From positions 496,001 through 560,000 of the forward strand of contig JBEUKZ010000010.1 of assembly GCA_048128005.1 (NCBI GenBank): a stretch of 64,000 nucleotides of DNA, in the 5' to 3' direction. Both the position numbers and the translations under genes were made by a program. The notes beneath the pieces were generated by a model. That model saw only the letters and a program-made list of their open reading frames with translations. It was not told the DNA's origin and searched no databases. Positions 50,797-63,682 of the stretch are shown one piece after another; position 1 is the stretch's first letter; every line of letters starts with the position of its first letter. The stretch comes from Veleropilina oligotropha. Taxonomy: Eukaryota.

Positions 50797-52416
50797 CTAG
50801 AACGTCAAAGCCGTGAAATGGCTCGCATGACTCATATATTTCTCTAGTACTGTAGCTATCCCAGCTCTAAAACAACCAAAGTAATATAATGTTCTATGAC
50901 GTTGGATTCACCATTATAACCCTTCGTATGCGACTCCCGTATGTATGCGGGCCCATGCCCTTCCCTGTACGCGGCTCACATATAATTATACAGTCAAAAT
51001 ATAGTGCCCCCAAAACTACCCACAGGAAAGGTTAAGAAACCAATATATTTTGACAAGCAGACTGCAAAAGTCTTAATACACATATTTTATTATTAAGTGG
51101 AAGCATAAATTTGTTGATTTATAGTAATGCATGGCTCTGTGATAATCATAAGTGACCAAGATATAATGTTAATCAGCAACATTGAATTATTGGAATCTTC
51201 AAAAGAAAATGGCCACCACGGCGGCCATATTGAATCCGAAAACGGCGAATATCGTTACACGGCGTGTCCTCATAATAACAAACGTCCATACCGAATTTGA
51301 ATGAGATCGGATAAGAACTTTCCTCTATAGAGCGCACACAAGAAAACTCTTCAAAACAAAATGCCCACCATGGCAGCCGTTTTTAATAAAAACGACGACA
51401 ATCGTTAGGTGGCATGCCCTCATCTGAACTCATCAACATGCACACCGAATTTGAATCCAATAGGATTGGAAATTTTCATTGTCGAGTGCAAACAAGAAAT
51501 CTATTCAAAACAAAATGGTTGCCAGGGCAGCCATCTTGAATCCGAAAATCGATAGGTATCGTGTCCTCATCATACCAAAAGTGTATATCTAATTTGATTG
51601 AAATAGGTTAAGAACTTTTTACTATAGAGCTCACAGAAGGTATACTTTTAAAACAAAATGGCCACCACGGCGGCCATCTTGAATCAAAAATGACTAAAAC
51701 CGTTAGACGGCATGCCCTCATCATAATGAACGTGCATACTGATTTTGAATCAAATCCGAATAGAACTCTTCACTGTAGAGCGGATACAAGAGATATATTC
51801 CAAACAAAATGGCCACCACGGTGGCCATCTTGAATCAGAAAACGACGAAAATCGTTAGTCTGCGTGCCCACATCATAACGAAGGTGCATACCGAATTTGA
51901 ATGAAAGCAGAATAGAACTCTTCACTGTAGAGCACACAAGAAATTTCTTCAAAACAAAATGGCCGCCACAATGGCCATCTTGAATCCAAAAACGACGAAA
52001 ATCGTTAGTCGGCGTGTGCACATCATAACGAACGTGCATACCAAATTTGAATGAAATCGGAATAGAACTCTTCACTGTAGAACACACACACATGAAAACT
52101 AACTTGCATATCGAATTTGAATCAAATCGGATTAGAACTTTTCACTATAGAGCGGACACAAAAAACTTTAACCTAAAATTCACCTAAACTTCTATGTCCA
52201 AAGAGACCATCATATTTTCATTAATTATATAAAATTGTATTAAATATCATTGCCAGAGTATCAGATGATATCCATATAACCTATAACAAAGCATACATAC
52301 ACTAAAAAGTCCCTTGGAAAACCCATATATACACTCAACGAAAAACTTTAACCAAATTGTTGATGCCGGACGGTACAGAAACAATATGCCCTTTCGCCTT
52401 GGCGCGGGCATAAAAA
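50797..52416 (-). mobile_element. Helentron/HINE-like element with ~150-bp tandem array
   Basis: CTAG plus hairpin at the left; ATGCCC...GGGCATAAAAA hairpin at the right; about six AAAATGGCC...GCCATCTTGAATC units at 51200-52100; related units at 8340-8440, 10245-10530 and 13000-13320. Confidence 0.65.
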
Positions 52417-54401
52417 TTGCGACGTAGACATGACTGTGTTAAAATTTTATTTGACAAGTTACAGTATACCACATGCCATGCACTATGTACATAAGCACAC
52501 ATACTATTATGTTAATCAAATTTAAAGATAAAAAGACATTATAGCATCAACGGAAACGTTTGACCAAAACTTTAACAAAATATTTTTTAAATCCTGAACT
52601 AGCATTTTGAAGTATAATTAGATTTAAATGACATTCAATATTAGTGTTATAGTGTCGTGTAGCATTGGAGAAGAATAACAAGAACCACGGTCCGATATGT
52701 CTCGCCCTTTAAATATATATATCAATGTATCAGAAAATTCCATTCAATGAAAAACTTTAACCGAAAAAACTTTAACCGAAAATGACACTACGCCGACGAC
52801 GGAAAATGTAATCCCTAAGTCTCGATTTCCCTTCGGGGCGAGACAAAAATGATGATAAAGAGTGCACATGTTTGCCTATATTGAAAAGCATTATTTAAAA
52901 CTTTAACATTCAATATTTCTAAGTCCAAAAGCAGCAATTTGATGTAAAGTTTTATTTAAATTACATTCAATATTACTGTTATACTGTTGTGCAACATGGA
53001 AATAGACATATCTACAATAACAAGAACCACGGTCCGATATGTCTCACACTTTAAATATATATATCAATGTATCAGAAAATTCCATTCAATGAAAAACTTT
53101 AACAGAAAATGACACGCCGCCGCCGCCGGAAAATGTAATCCCTAAGTCTCGCTTTCCCTTCGGGGCGAGACAAAAAGAGAGCACATGGTTGCCTATATAG
53201 CATGATTGAAAAAGGAGGATTAAGAGTAATCCCCTTGTATCTATAATAATATACTTACGTCCTTACTAATGCCATAATAAGCCTATTATCGCTAAATCCG
53301 GACAAGGTGGAAATGGTAATTTCGCACTTTTTAGTAAATTTAACCCAGTTGACCCACTGACCTGCTCGACCTCCTCCAGTTCATGCCTATTTAGAGCTCG
53401 CCAACTCCCGCGAGATCCTCGTGACCCAAGGGTCAAGACCTCATCCGAAGTTTTAGCAAACCCCAAGGCAAAGAACTTATATAAGAGGGGAGGTGCGAAG
53501 CAGGGTGGGCCAAGTGGGTAAGGACGTAAGTATATTATTATAGATACAAGGGGATTACTCTTAATCCTCCTATCTATATCAAATATACTTACGTCCTTAC
53601 TAATGCCAAGAATAACTTTGGTTGGCGGAGTTATAAGTTCCATACACCAAAATTAAAACTTACTTGTTACCAGAAGACGACGCTTTAGCGTTGAGATCGA
53701 GTCCGTACAGAGTGTATTTTACTGAGCATCAAATCTACCCTTACCCCGAGGTGAGATTTCGACCAAGAAATCTGGGAAAACACGCCGGGGATGTTAGTCG
53801 GACAGGTAACACGAAAGTGCATGTAGCCCCGGACACCGTGCGGAAGGTATACCTTGAGGCACTCGTGTCATGAGCAAAGACAGTGAACTGAATATTCCGG
53901 ACTCAAAGGTCGGCAGACAGAAAACTGCAAGACGTGGTTTTTAGAGGCACCCGAACCTAGGCAGGTTGATAGTGTTATAAAACCGTGACAATTATTCATA
54001 GATTGAAGAAAATTGCAATAACTTCATGTTGAATAATAAAAAAATTTTGCATGTCCAACTTGCAAAATGTCAACATGATAACATGTTACTTAAATAATTT
54101 TAAGTAGAGAATAATATTAAAGTTGTTCAATGTACGCACATTGAAATGTTCTGCGACAGCAAGTAGAACATTTAAAAAATAATATTATTTACAAAAAACA
54201 TTTTTAAGATTTCGTAATATAAATGTTTGCATCCAATGTGAGCATTAATTTCATATTAACTCAGTATGAATAGATAATTCCAATTTCTTAATAAGTTTAA
54301 GAAAGGAATAACATTGGAATAAATTCTAAGGGTGTTTACAATGTACACAAATAGAATTACATTATATTACCTCAGTGTCCTGGTACAATTCATTACACCA
54401 T

Positions 54402-57362
54402 TCACTGTAGGGATGACCTAGATCCCCTGATACATTGTTGATTTGCCGCCACAAAGGAAATTCTATGTTCACCCGCAGCCGTGGTAGCGTAATCACGCAA
54501 GTAGAAGCGAACAAAGGTATTAGCACTCTTCCAGTAACCAGCCTTCAAGATTGCATTGATATTCAAATTATATTTGAAAGCCAAGGAGGTAGCTAACGCA
54601 CGTGTTTCATGCGCGTGAATTGAAACGAGATCTCGTTCTGGCTCGTTGGACTGACTGTAAATCTCTTTTACAACAGAGACTATCCAACGTGAAACAGTCG
54701 ATTTGCGAATGTCGCAGTGGAATTGAGGCATGTGCCTTACGAATAAACGCTTTTTACCCTGCCGTAGGTCTCAGGTCCGATCCAGGTAGAATCTCAGCGC
54801 ACGAACCGGGCAGTTCAGGCGGTCGATATCGTCTCTACCCAGCATGGAGAGGTTACGGATACAAACCTCGGGACTGATATCTTCAGGTCTTTGTGTCTTC
54901 GCGAGGAAGCCAAGGACTGTATGCAGCGTCAACGACCCATCGGTGTGGAAGTGTATATCTCGAAGCTCTCCGGATAACGCGTGTATCTCCGATGCCCTGT
55001 TACCGGTGGCGAGAGCGGAAAGAAACACGGTCTTATAAGTGAGATTTTTGAGGGAACATTAACTCATAGGCTCGTACGGGCATCTAAGTAAAGCATTGAG
55101 AATCAACATAACATTCCAAGCAGGCGGTCGCACCTGCTGAATAGGCCGTTCGAGTTGGTAGGAGCGTATAAAGTCCGATATTGTTTTGTCGGTAGACAAG
55201 CGGGTGTGCTCGCGGCATTGCCGTAACGTCGTTGCTACGCATGATCGGTAGCCTTTGACCGCGGAAATAGACATTCCACGTTCGAGCAACGACGACAAAA
55301 ACTCGATAAATTTTGTCACAGGGGGGAGGAAAATATTGACTTGCCGCCCGCGACACCAATCCACAAATTTCTTCCATCGGTAGTCATATACCCTTGTTGT
55401 AGATTGCCTTCTAGATCGGTAGATGCGCTGGGCTGTCGCTCTAGAAAAGCCTTTCTTAATGAGCGATCTCTCGATAGTCGCCAGGCGTGAAAGTGAAACT
55501 CGCTCGCCGACGGGTGTAGGACCCGACTGCGCGGTTGCGATAACAGGTCTGTCATCTGCGGTAGCGCTCGTGGCTGATCGATGAGTAGATCCAGAAGTGT
55601 CGGAAACCAGGACTGCGTGCGTTGTAGGGGTGCTATTAGCGTTAACTCGCAGTCTTCGCGGGTCGCTTTCCGTAGTACTTGTGCCAACATGCACGACGGT
55701 GGGAAGGCGTAGGCGATCAGATTCTCCCATCTCATTGATAGAGCGTCGACCGCTATAGCGGCCGGGTCCGGGTAAGGAGACACATAGAGAGGGAGTCGGT
55801 GATTGTATTCGGTTGCGAATAGGTCGACTAGAGGCTGCGACCACAGGCGACAGACATCTCGGGCTACACGGGCGTGTAGCGTCCACTCTGTGTGTATTAT
55901 CTGTGTTTTCCGAGAGAGCGTATCCGCTCTGACGTTCAGCTTCCCCGGGATGTGTCGGGCTCGAATTGTCGAGTTGAGGGACATCACTAGGCGGTGTAGG
56001 TCGATCGCTCGGTCGCAAAGCGGACGGGAGCGGGTGCCGCCCTGGTGCTGAATGTAAGCGACGACAGTCGTGTTGTCCGTTGCTAGCATGATGTGCTTGT
56101 TGCGGAGATGTGACGAGAGGGACTGTACTGACAGGTAGACGGCTTCTAACTCTAGGAAGTTGATGTGTCGTCCCTGAAGGTCCGTAGGCCATAGGCCCGA
56201 TGTCTCGTGACTGTCGAGGTGCCCTCCCCAGCCCTCGTTTGACGCGTCCGTGAAGAGGTAGGCGTTCGGTTCTGGGGGGGATATTGGAACCGACTGGCTC
56301 GGCAGGGTAGTGTTCAACCACACTGCTGTCGTGCGATTGAACCAATGCCGAAGATCGATGCGATCCGTCCACTGTCCCGTACGTTGTATCCAGCGGTCCT
56401 TGAAGGCCTGCTGCAACGGTCGTTTGTCCATGCGACCCGTCGGTAACAGGGGAGCTACCGACTCGATGTGCCCTAGGACAGTGGCCAGTCGTCGCGCTGT
56501 AGTTATCCGTGAAGACTTTGTTTCCAGTATAACCGCGCGTAGGTTCGTTATACGTTTCTGAGTCGGTTTCGCGGTGTACCGGACCGTGTCGAATTCGACG
56601 CCTAGAAATATAAACGTCGTCGAGGGCACGAAGCAGGATTTGTCGTTGTTGATCTGTAATCCTAGGCGCTTCGCCGATGACAGGGTAACGCTCATAGACT
56701 GGAGGCACTGATCCCGGGACGCCCCGAGAATCAACCAGTCGTCGAGGTACATGTGTACTCTGTGCCCTTGCGAGTGTAGGAAGGCCCCGAGAGCCTGTAC
56801 TACCCGCGTGAAGACGTACGGGGCTGACGATAGACCGAACGGTAGACACCTGAATTGGTAGACCGTTCCCCCGTGGACAAACCGTAGGTACCGGTGAGCC
56901 GAGACGTGCATCGGAACGTGTAGGTACGCATCGGTCAAGTCGATAGACGCTGCCCAGTCGCCCGGACGGATGGCCGTTCGTATCTTCGAGAGTGTTTCTT
57001 GCTTGAACTTCTCGGTACGAAGATACTGGTTGAGGAACGACAGATCGAGGATCGGTCGCCAACGGCCATCGGGTTTCGGGACCAGGAAAAAGTGGCTGTA
57101 ATATCCTGGTGTGCTGGGCGGCGCGGGATAGATCGCTCTCTTTGAGAGTAAATCCCGCACTGCCTGGTCTAGGACGGCTTGTTTTTCTCTTATTAGGAGA
57201 CGAGCGCGTCCTGGTGGTGGTGTCGCGTCTAGGGTTGGATGCCGGTCGAATGCCAACTTGTATCCGGCACTCACGACTGAGTGAACCCAGTTGTCCTCTG
57301 TCATTTCCAGCCAGGACAGGCTGTACTCTAACAGACACGCTCCCACCGGCGGAAGCGTGCAA
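54402..57362 (-). pseudogene. DIRS C tyrosine recombinase ORF with two in-frame stops (55059, 54771)
   Basis: ALATGNRASE, CPVRAL, HETR and FY motifs; three ORF pieces lie in one frame. Confidence 0.92.
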
Positions 57363-57496
57363 CTGGGCTCGTCGCGAGCGCCGGCAACCCTAGGGCCGCG
57401 GCTTCCCTCTCCCGCTCTGACGGGATTTCGTCGGAGGTGCTGGTTTCGCGATAGGTTTCTTGGCCTGAGAAGGCCCACCACGCGAAGGTTTAGCAC
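55316..57496 (-). CDS. DIRS C pol: RT - RNase H - methyltransferase-like
   Basis: Open 726-codon frame with YLDDWL, FTDAS, VDLFA and YAFPP; start uncertain. Confidence 0.95.
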   Translation of the reverse strand: MLNLRVVGLLRPRNLSRNQHLRRNPVRAGEGSRGPRVAGARDEPSCTLPPVGACLLEYSLSWLEMTEDNWVHSVVSAGYKLAFDRHPTLDATPPPGRARLLIREKQAVLDQAVRDLLSKRAIYPAPPSTPGYYSHFFLVPKPDGRWRPILDLSFLNQYLRTEKFKQETLSKIRTAIRPGDWAASIDLTDAYLHVPMHVSAHRYLRFVHGGTVYQFRCLPFGLSSAPYVFTRVVQALGAFLHSQGHRVHMYLDDWLILGASRDQCLQSMSVTLSSAKRLGLQINNDKSCFVPSTTFIFLGVEFDTVRYTAKPTQKRITNLRAVILETKSSRITTARRLATVLGHIESVAPLLPTGRMDKRPLQQAFKDRWIQRTGQWTDRIDLRHWFNRTTAVWLNTTLPSQSVPISPPEPNAYLFTDASNEGWGGHLDSHETSGLWPTDLQGRHINFLELEAVYLSVQSLSSHLRNKHIMLATDNTTVVAYIQHQGGTRSRPLCDRAIDLHRLVMSLNSTIRARHIPGKLNVRADTLSRKTQIIHTEWTLHARVARDVCRLWSQPLVDLFATEYNHRLPLYVSPYPDPAAIAVDALSMRWENLIAYAFPPSCMLAQVLRKATREDCELTLIAPLQRTQSWFPTLLDLLIDQPRALPQMTDLLSQPRSRVLHPSASEFHFHAWRLSRDRSLRKAFLERQPSASTDLEGNLQQGYMTTDGRNLWIGVAGGKSIFSSPL

Positions 57497-59497
57497 GCTT
57501 GGAAGGCGTATGAGACCGGGACGGTCTCGAGCGCTTCCTAGAGGTAGCAGCCGGCGTACTCCGAGGAGTAGCCAAGACTGCCTTCTCTATCGCGCGATCC
57601 TTGAGGTCAGCTGCTCGCTTCTCGACAAATTCGGGGAATTTGTCTCCGAAGAGAGTAGAGGCCGACAACGGTACACAACGCAGGGACAGCCGGGTGGCGT
57701 CATCCAACGTGGTTCCGTCTAGGCACGCGTCTCTACGAAGTAGGACAGCGTTGCCTAAGGATCGGGCTGACTCCGACGCGGAGTTCTCCGTGGAGGCGGC
57801 AACCTCTTCGAGGAAGGACAGTGCGATCTCACGAGCGCGGGGTCCGTCCTCTTGTAGTACGGTAATGGCTCCGTCTAGGAAAAAATCCTTGATAGAGGCA
57901 TGCCATAGAGCTCGACGGGCGGAGCTCTCAAAGCCCTCCATGGCGACCCATGGAACTTTGACCACTGAGGGACCTGTGCTGGCCGACAGTCGACGCATCG
58001 CTGCATCGATCTGAACCGGCTCAGTCTCCAGACACGCCCCAGAGCATCCGATCGAAATCGGACGCCTATTGGGTCGGAGGTACTTTCCTTTACGCAGACC
58101 ACTAGGGTACTCCGTTAACGAGGAAGTCTCCACCGATTTGGATCCCTGAATGGATTTGGTCGCCGAGTCGAGGACGAGCGAGACCAACCCAGACTGGGGT
58201 AGGGTAGGAAGCAGGGGGGCTTCCGGCCCATCAAATCGACTACAAGAGTCGTCTGGTCCGACCGATTCAGGGAGGTCAGAGTGAGTAGAAGCGCTGTCCT
58301 CGTCGGAACGAGGATCGACTTCCATCACCGAAGCATGAGCCGAGCCCGGCGTTACGGTCAGAGACGTTGGGACCTGGGGCGGCTGGGTAGCCGGTTGCCA
58401 GGACCTACAACGTGCCTCGACTTCCGCCGCAATCATAGCCTGGACGTTCTCAAGAGAGAAACCCGGAGGCATGACGGACGTCGGACCAACAGCCATTGGT
58501 CCGCTCGAGGATACCGTAGCGCATGGTGGACGGGCTGCACGGACAGGTGGAGCCGAGTACCAGGGACTCGGGTTACCTGTCGGGAAACCGCAGCCAGGGA
58601 AACGGCCCGGAGGCGCGTTAAACGGTGCGAACGACCCGTAAGACTGCGACCACAGTCTATACGGGTCTGTAACCCTGCTCGGGTGAGGCACGGGGGAAAA
58701 CCCGCCGTACGCCTCAGCCCCGAACGCAGCCGGTCCTACCACACCACACGGGACGTCTTGAAAAGAATCGTCGCAGGAGGTTGGCCTTCCATCACTCTCG
58801 TGGGCTCAGACAGTGGCGGGATTAGTCTTTAAACTAGCGCCGTTGTCGGACGAGAGGACGGGTTTCGTCGAGCGTCTGGGACTTCGACCACTTTCGTGGT
58901 GCCCAGCAACTGTATCGACTTTCTCTGCTAGTCTCTGCGCTTCTTGTTCAGAAGCTGCTTCTTGTTCAGAAGCTACTGGACTCACAGAAGGACTAACGCT
59001 GCCTTGCTCCTCCGAGGCCGGAGGAGAGGGAAGGTTTTGTCTGCCCTGCTCAGCTTTTCACCGCAGCGCTCGACGTATCTTACTGGCCGGCAAGATACTA
59101 TGAGCAGCGGTTACTAGGCCCAAAGGAGAGGTGTCGGTCGGCACTCGGGCCCTTACCTGAATCTGGGATCCCGACGATTCCGGGACTTTCCCCAAAGTCT
59201 CAGAGGTTCCGTCGAGCCCAACACGGCTATCCTCGAGAGGATCTGAAAGAGAAAGTGAAGGATTAAAGCCTGTCTCTAGTCTCTGGAGCTTCTCGGTGGA
59301 TGCCCCATCGGAAGAAGACACCCTGGTCGTCTTCTTCGATGGGAAAAGAGTCTCCCACTGCCGATTCGTTAGTGCTATATACAATGCTCACATGGATGTT
59401 TCTTATCGCTAGAACAAACACGGTGAAGAGTGCATTCGGAGTGCTTGTCAAAACCACGGATTTTCTGTCGGCACCCGGAAACACTGCAATGCATCAT
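57390..59497 (-). pseudogene. DIRS C gag-like ORF, disrupted in its N-terminal part
   Basis: ATG at 59497 gives MMHCSVSGCRQKIRGFDKHSECTLHRVC...CEHC, homologous to the finger of B; frameshift near 59378 and a stop at 59058; the C-terminal 450 codons are open. Confidence 0.88.
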
Positions 59498-61631
59498 AGC
59501 TACGTACACGGGTAGGTAGGAGATAGGGTTTTAAGTGATAAGGATATTTCCCGGGTAGTTTACCAAATTACTACTACAACCTCGATTGTACCTGATCCGA
59601 GAGCTGGAAAAGGCTGAAATACGCTTAAAACTTCCGGCGGATTACACGCCCAAAAAACACCGACTTTGATAAACTTTTTAACACGAGTCGGCCAACGAAT
59701 TGAGAAACGGGAGGTCTTTCTTTTACAGAAACCGCCCTTTTACACCTAAAACCTCTTGGATGTATATATATCAATTTGTTAGAATTTGGCGTTGCTATCC
59801 CCGATTTAGCAGATTTACCAAAATAACGCTAGTTAAATTCTAAACAATCTGCTTTTCAACGACGATAAATTTTATTTACATAAATTTATAGCAAGAAAAA
59901 CGTCGTTGAGGAATTATCGTATATATAAATGAAATGCAATGCAGCAAATTCAAGCAATATCAATAATCAACTCTCTCCTGACTCCTTAGTAATTGCTAAG
60001 GAGCTTCCTTCTTTAAATATCCCTCTGAGCGTCCTCTTTTCTTTCTGTTTCAGAAGTCCAAGATGGCGTCGTCAGTGGAGGGTGTCGATTTCGTTTTTTG
60101 TCTTTGTCGACAGGAAAAAACCTCTAAGAAGGGCTTATTCAGGAGGAAAACTCTCAGTCTTTCCACTAAACGTGTTCTACACACTACAATCGATCTTATG
60201 AGCTTATTTGATTGTTAAATCGTGCTTCAAAAAGATCGAAATTTCACATCGATGATGGAGCAAAGTAAAACGCGACTTCTCAAGAGGGCGGAAAACTTCG
60301 GATGAGGTCTTGACCCTTGGGTCACGAGGATCTCGCGGGAGTTGGCGAGCTCTAAATAGGCATGAACTGGAGGAGGTCGAGCAGGTCAGTGGGTCAACTG
60401 GGTTAAATTTACTAAAATGTGTGAAATTACCATTTCCACCTTGTCCGGATTTAGCGATAATAGGCTTATTATGGCATTAGTAAGGACGTAAGTATATTTG
60501 ATATAGATACTTTAACATTCACAGCGGAGAGCCAGACAGACAGACGGACATCATCATTACATAGGCCTGCATCTGCTTTGCATGCAAGCCATACATAGAA
60601 AGCATGAAGAGAGTGTAACCTTGATAAAAAAACTTCAACATTTAACTTTATAAAATTTCCCAAGTTAAAATCACACATAATTTCTATTTTTTAGATAAAA
60701 TAGATTTAATTTACCTTAAATAATACTGCTCGGCATGGGATATTGAAATAAACATATCTAATGTTCAATGATGCTATAAAGTTTCAATGTCAGGTATTAT
60801 ATAGCATCATTAAAAAACTTTAACAAAATAATTTCTATGTCCAGAAGTATCACTTTTGAAGTAAAATTTGATTTAAATTACATTCCATATAACTGTCATA
60901 GTGTAGGGCAAAATTGCAGTAGACATTATGTCAAATAATACGATGATAAAGAGTGCACACGTTTGCCTATACTGTATATAGTATTATTGAAAAACTTTAA
61001 CATTTAAAATGTCTCAAGTCCAAAAAGCAGCATTTTGAAGGAAAATTGTATTTAAATTACATTCAATATTAATAGTGTACATAGTGTTGTGCAACATGGG
61101 AATAGACATATCTACAATACAATTATGATAAAGAGAGCACAGGATTGCCTAGATAGCATAATTGAAAAACTTTAACATTCACTGCGGACGGCCGGACGTA
61201 CATCATCATTACATAGGCTCGCATCTGCGTTGCATGCGAGCCAAAAAGGGTAGGTTCAGCGGTTTGTCTTCTATTTGACAGAAAGCAATCTTCAAATCCA
61301 GAACGTAAAATACACGAAAATGACCTTGACCTTTGATCCAGTGACCCCAACTTTGAACTTAGGAAAGACCTGATGGCATAGTATAGGTCCTGCAGTTCGT
61401 CTTCTATGTGACAGAAAGCGATCAGCCGATGCCAACGTACGCGATGCCAACGTACGCCAGTCCACGACTATTATAGCCTAAGCCCTGCATCACAGGCGGG
61501 CCAAAAATGTAAAATATAAAGTTTTTGATTTTTTCCTGTTGGCCCACTTGTCAATTTGGCACCAAGATGGCAAAGATCTGTCTCTCGGTGATGGAGAAAT
61601 CCGGCTTAAAGAAACACCAACTGCGTATTTA

Positions 61632-62092
61632 CTGTAAACCCCTACATTTTAGCGGCCATAATATTTAGCGATTTCTCATATACCTGGCTGTATATTAGCG
61701 GCCTTGTAAACTAGCAATTTTCAATCCATATGTTAATAGGGTTGCTCGCAATTGACGTCACACATGCGGACAAATACAGGCAGACTTCATTGCATTTGAC
61801 CATTGTTTGTCCGCTTTCTACCTGCGGACAGTCTATTTATATCATTTTACTGCAATTGTGAGCAACCCTATTGACGTCACACATGCGGACAAATACAGGC
61901 AGACTTCATTGCATTTGACCATTGTTTGTCCGCTTTCTACCTGCGGACAGTCTATTTATATCATTTTACTGCAATTGTGAGCAACCCTATTGAGTTTTAT
62001 TCCATAAACTATTTCGCAGCATTTACTTTCGCGATAATATTAGGTATGTGAAACGAAAATAAAATGCACGCTAAAATATAGGGTTTTACAAC
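61632..62092. mobile_element. MITE with internal ~119-bp direct duplication
   Basis: TGTAAACCCCTACATTTTAGCG / CGCTAAAATATAGGGTTTTACA imperfect TIR; 61752-61870 is repeated at 61871-61990. Confidence 0.65.
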
Positions 62093-63682
62093 TATATAGA
62101 AGATAATACTAGTAATAGTATGAAGACGAGTCCATTGTATACTATAATATTTCTTACACTATGCATACTGTATAAAACTATAGAACTTTACATACACTCA
62201 AGCCATTATCAATTACATGCATATGGCATAACATGCCCTCAATACATACGTTTCAATTTAGTAACATTTTCGAACAAATTGCCAAAGCCATTGACACCAC
62301 TTGGATTTTTTATCAGAAGAATTTTAGGCTGAACTGAACAAATAATTCTATGTGCTATGTTATGAGCAGGAAACATTACTTAAGTATTGTCAATGCATGG
62401 TATGGCAATTCTGACATGTATGCATGCCAGATTTGATGCTCAGTCATCTGACAGGGATGTATTACATGTGACTGCACATAAATATCACAAGTACTGGCAG
62501 CTGAAATCAATTTTGAAAATTTCATATTGACAAAATGGGATAGAGTTCGAATAAAAAAGAAGTATTTAGGTAAAATTTAAATCATGCATTCACTTGACTT
62601 CATCAATGATAACGACTAATCACTATTAAACTATATATGCAGGAACACATTGTTTGTATGACGGAAAGAAACTACGTGTATTAAACTATGTTGACTAGGA
62701 AAGTTTATCTGATACTTCACAGAGAAGGTGCTAAGAGTTATTCCCCTTTGCCTTCTAACAGGCTGTCAATATTTCTTGGGAGCTTTCCAGAAATCTTCTG
62801 GATCAGTTGCGCCTGCACCAAGCACAGAGGTGGAGTATAGAGGGAAAGCATGCAGTTAAACCATGAGGCGGGAAGCGCGGAGTTGTTCAACTGCACAGGC
62901 TTTTTCGATTATATAACACAAACCGAGTCAGAGTGATATAACGTACAGATTTAAAACATTGCAAAAGTGTATTAAAAATTAAAATACTGTATATGATTTT
63001 AATAACCTACTACATATGTACACCCATTTTAGTGTAAGAAAGTAGTCGATCCCCATAATGTAACTGACAATATTGTCACATTGGTCAGTTAGACGATGAG
63101 CCAAGACAATAGAATGTTGTCATAAAAATGGTTCAAGTACATTTATTACTAATTTGACATTTTATAAACATGATATTCTCTTGTCAACATAATTATTTTA
63201 AAACTGCAGAGTGCTGCAAAAAGAAAGGAAATAAGCATTTTTTACCACTGCTATATAGTGTAAATTTTGACCTGTTATTTAAACAAATTAAAAAATCTTT
63301 GAAATCAAATGCATCATCATCATCCAATCTCCATCAACAAAAAATGCGCACAAGTCCAAATTTAATTTTATACTTTGCTACAGCACAAAATCCTATTTAA
63401 CTCGATCTCTCATATGTATGAGGACGGCTTCGATGGATTTGCATTAGGTCAGTTACATTATTTGTTCCTCTGTTTGTGGGAAATTCTTAAAACCTATTGA
63501 AACAGACTTAATTATTTAATAAATACATATGACATACACTATATTACATGATTGTGAAGATATTAAATGACTAAGGTACAAAAGAAATGAAATAACATTG
63601 TATGCAATGAAGAATAAGTGGTGTTTGTGGACATTTCATATCGGAAAGAGCAAAATGTCATAGATAAGCCAGAACCTGTTCA

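Larger units (their letters stand above)
53214..60509 (-). mobile_element. DIRS1-type retrotransposon C
   Basis: ITRs at about 53249-53454 and 60292-60497; ICR at 53518-53608; gag, pol and YR present. Confidence 0.97.
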
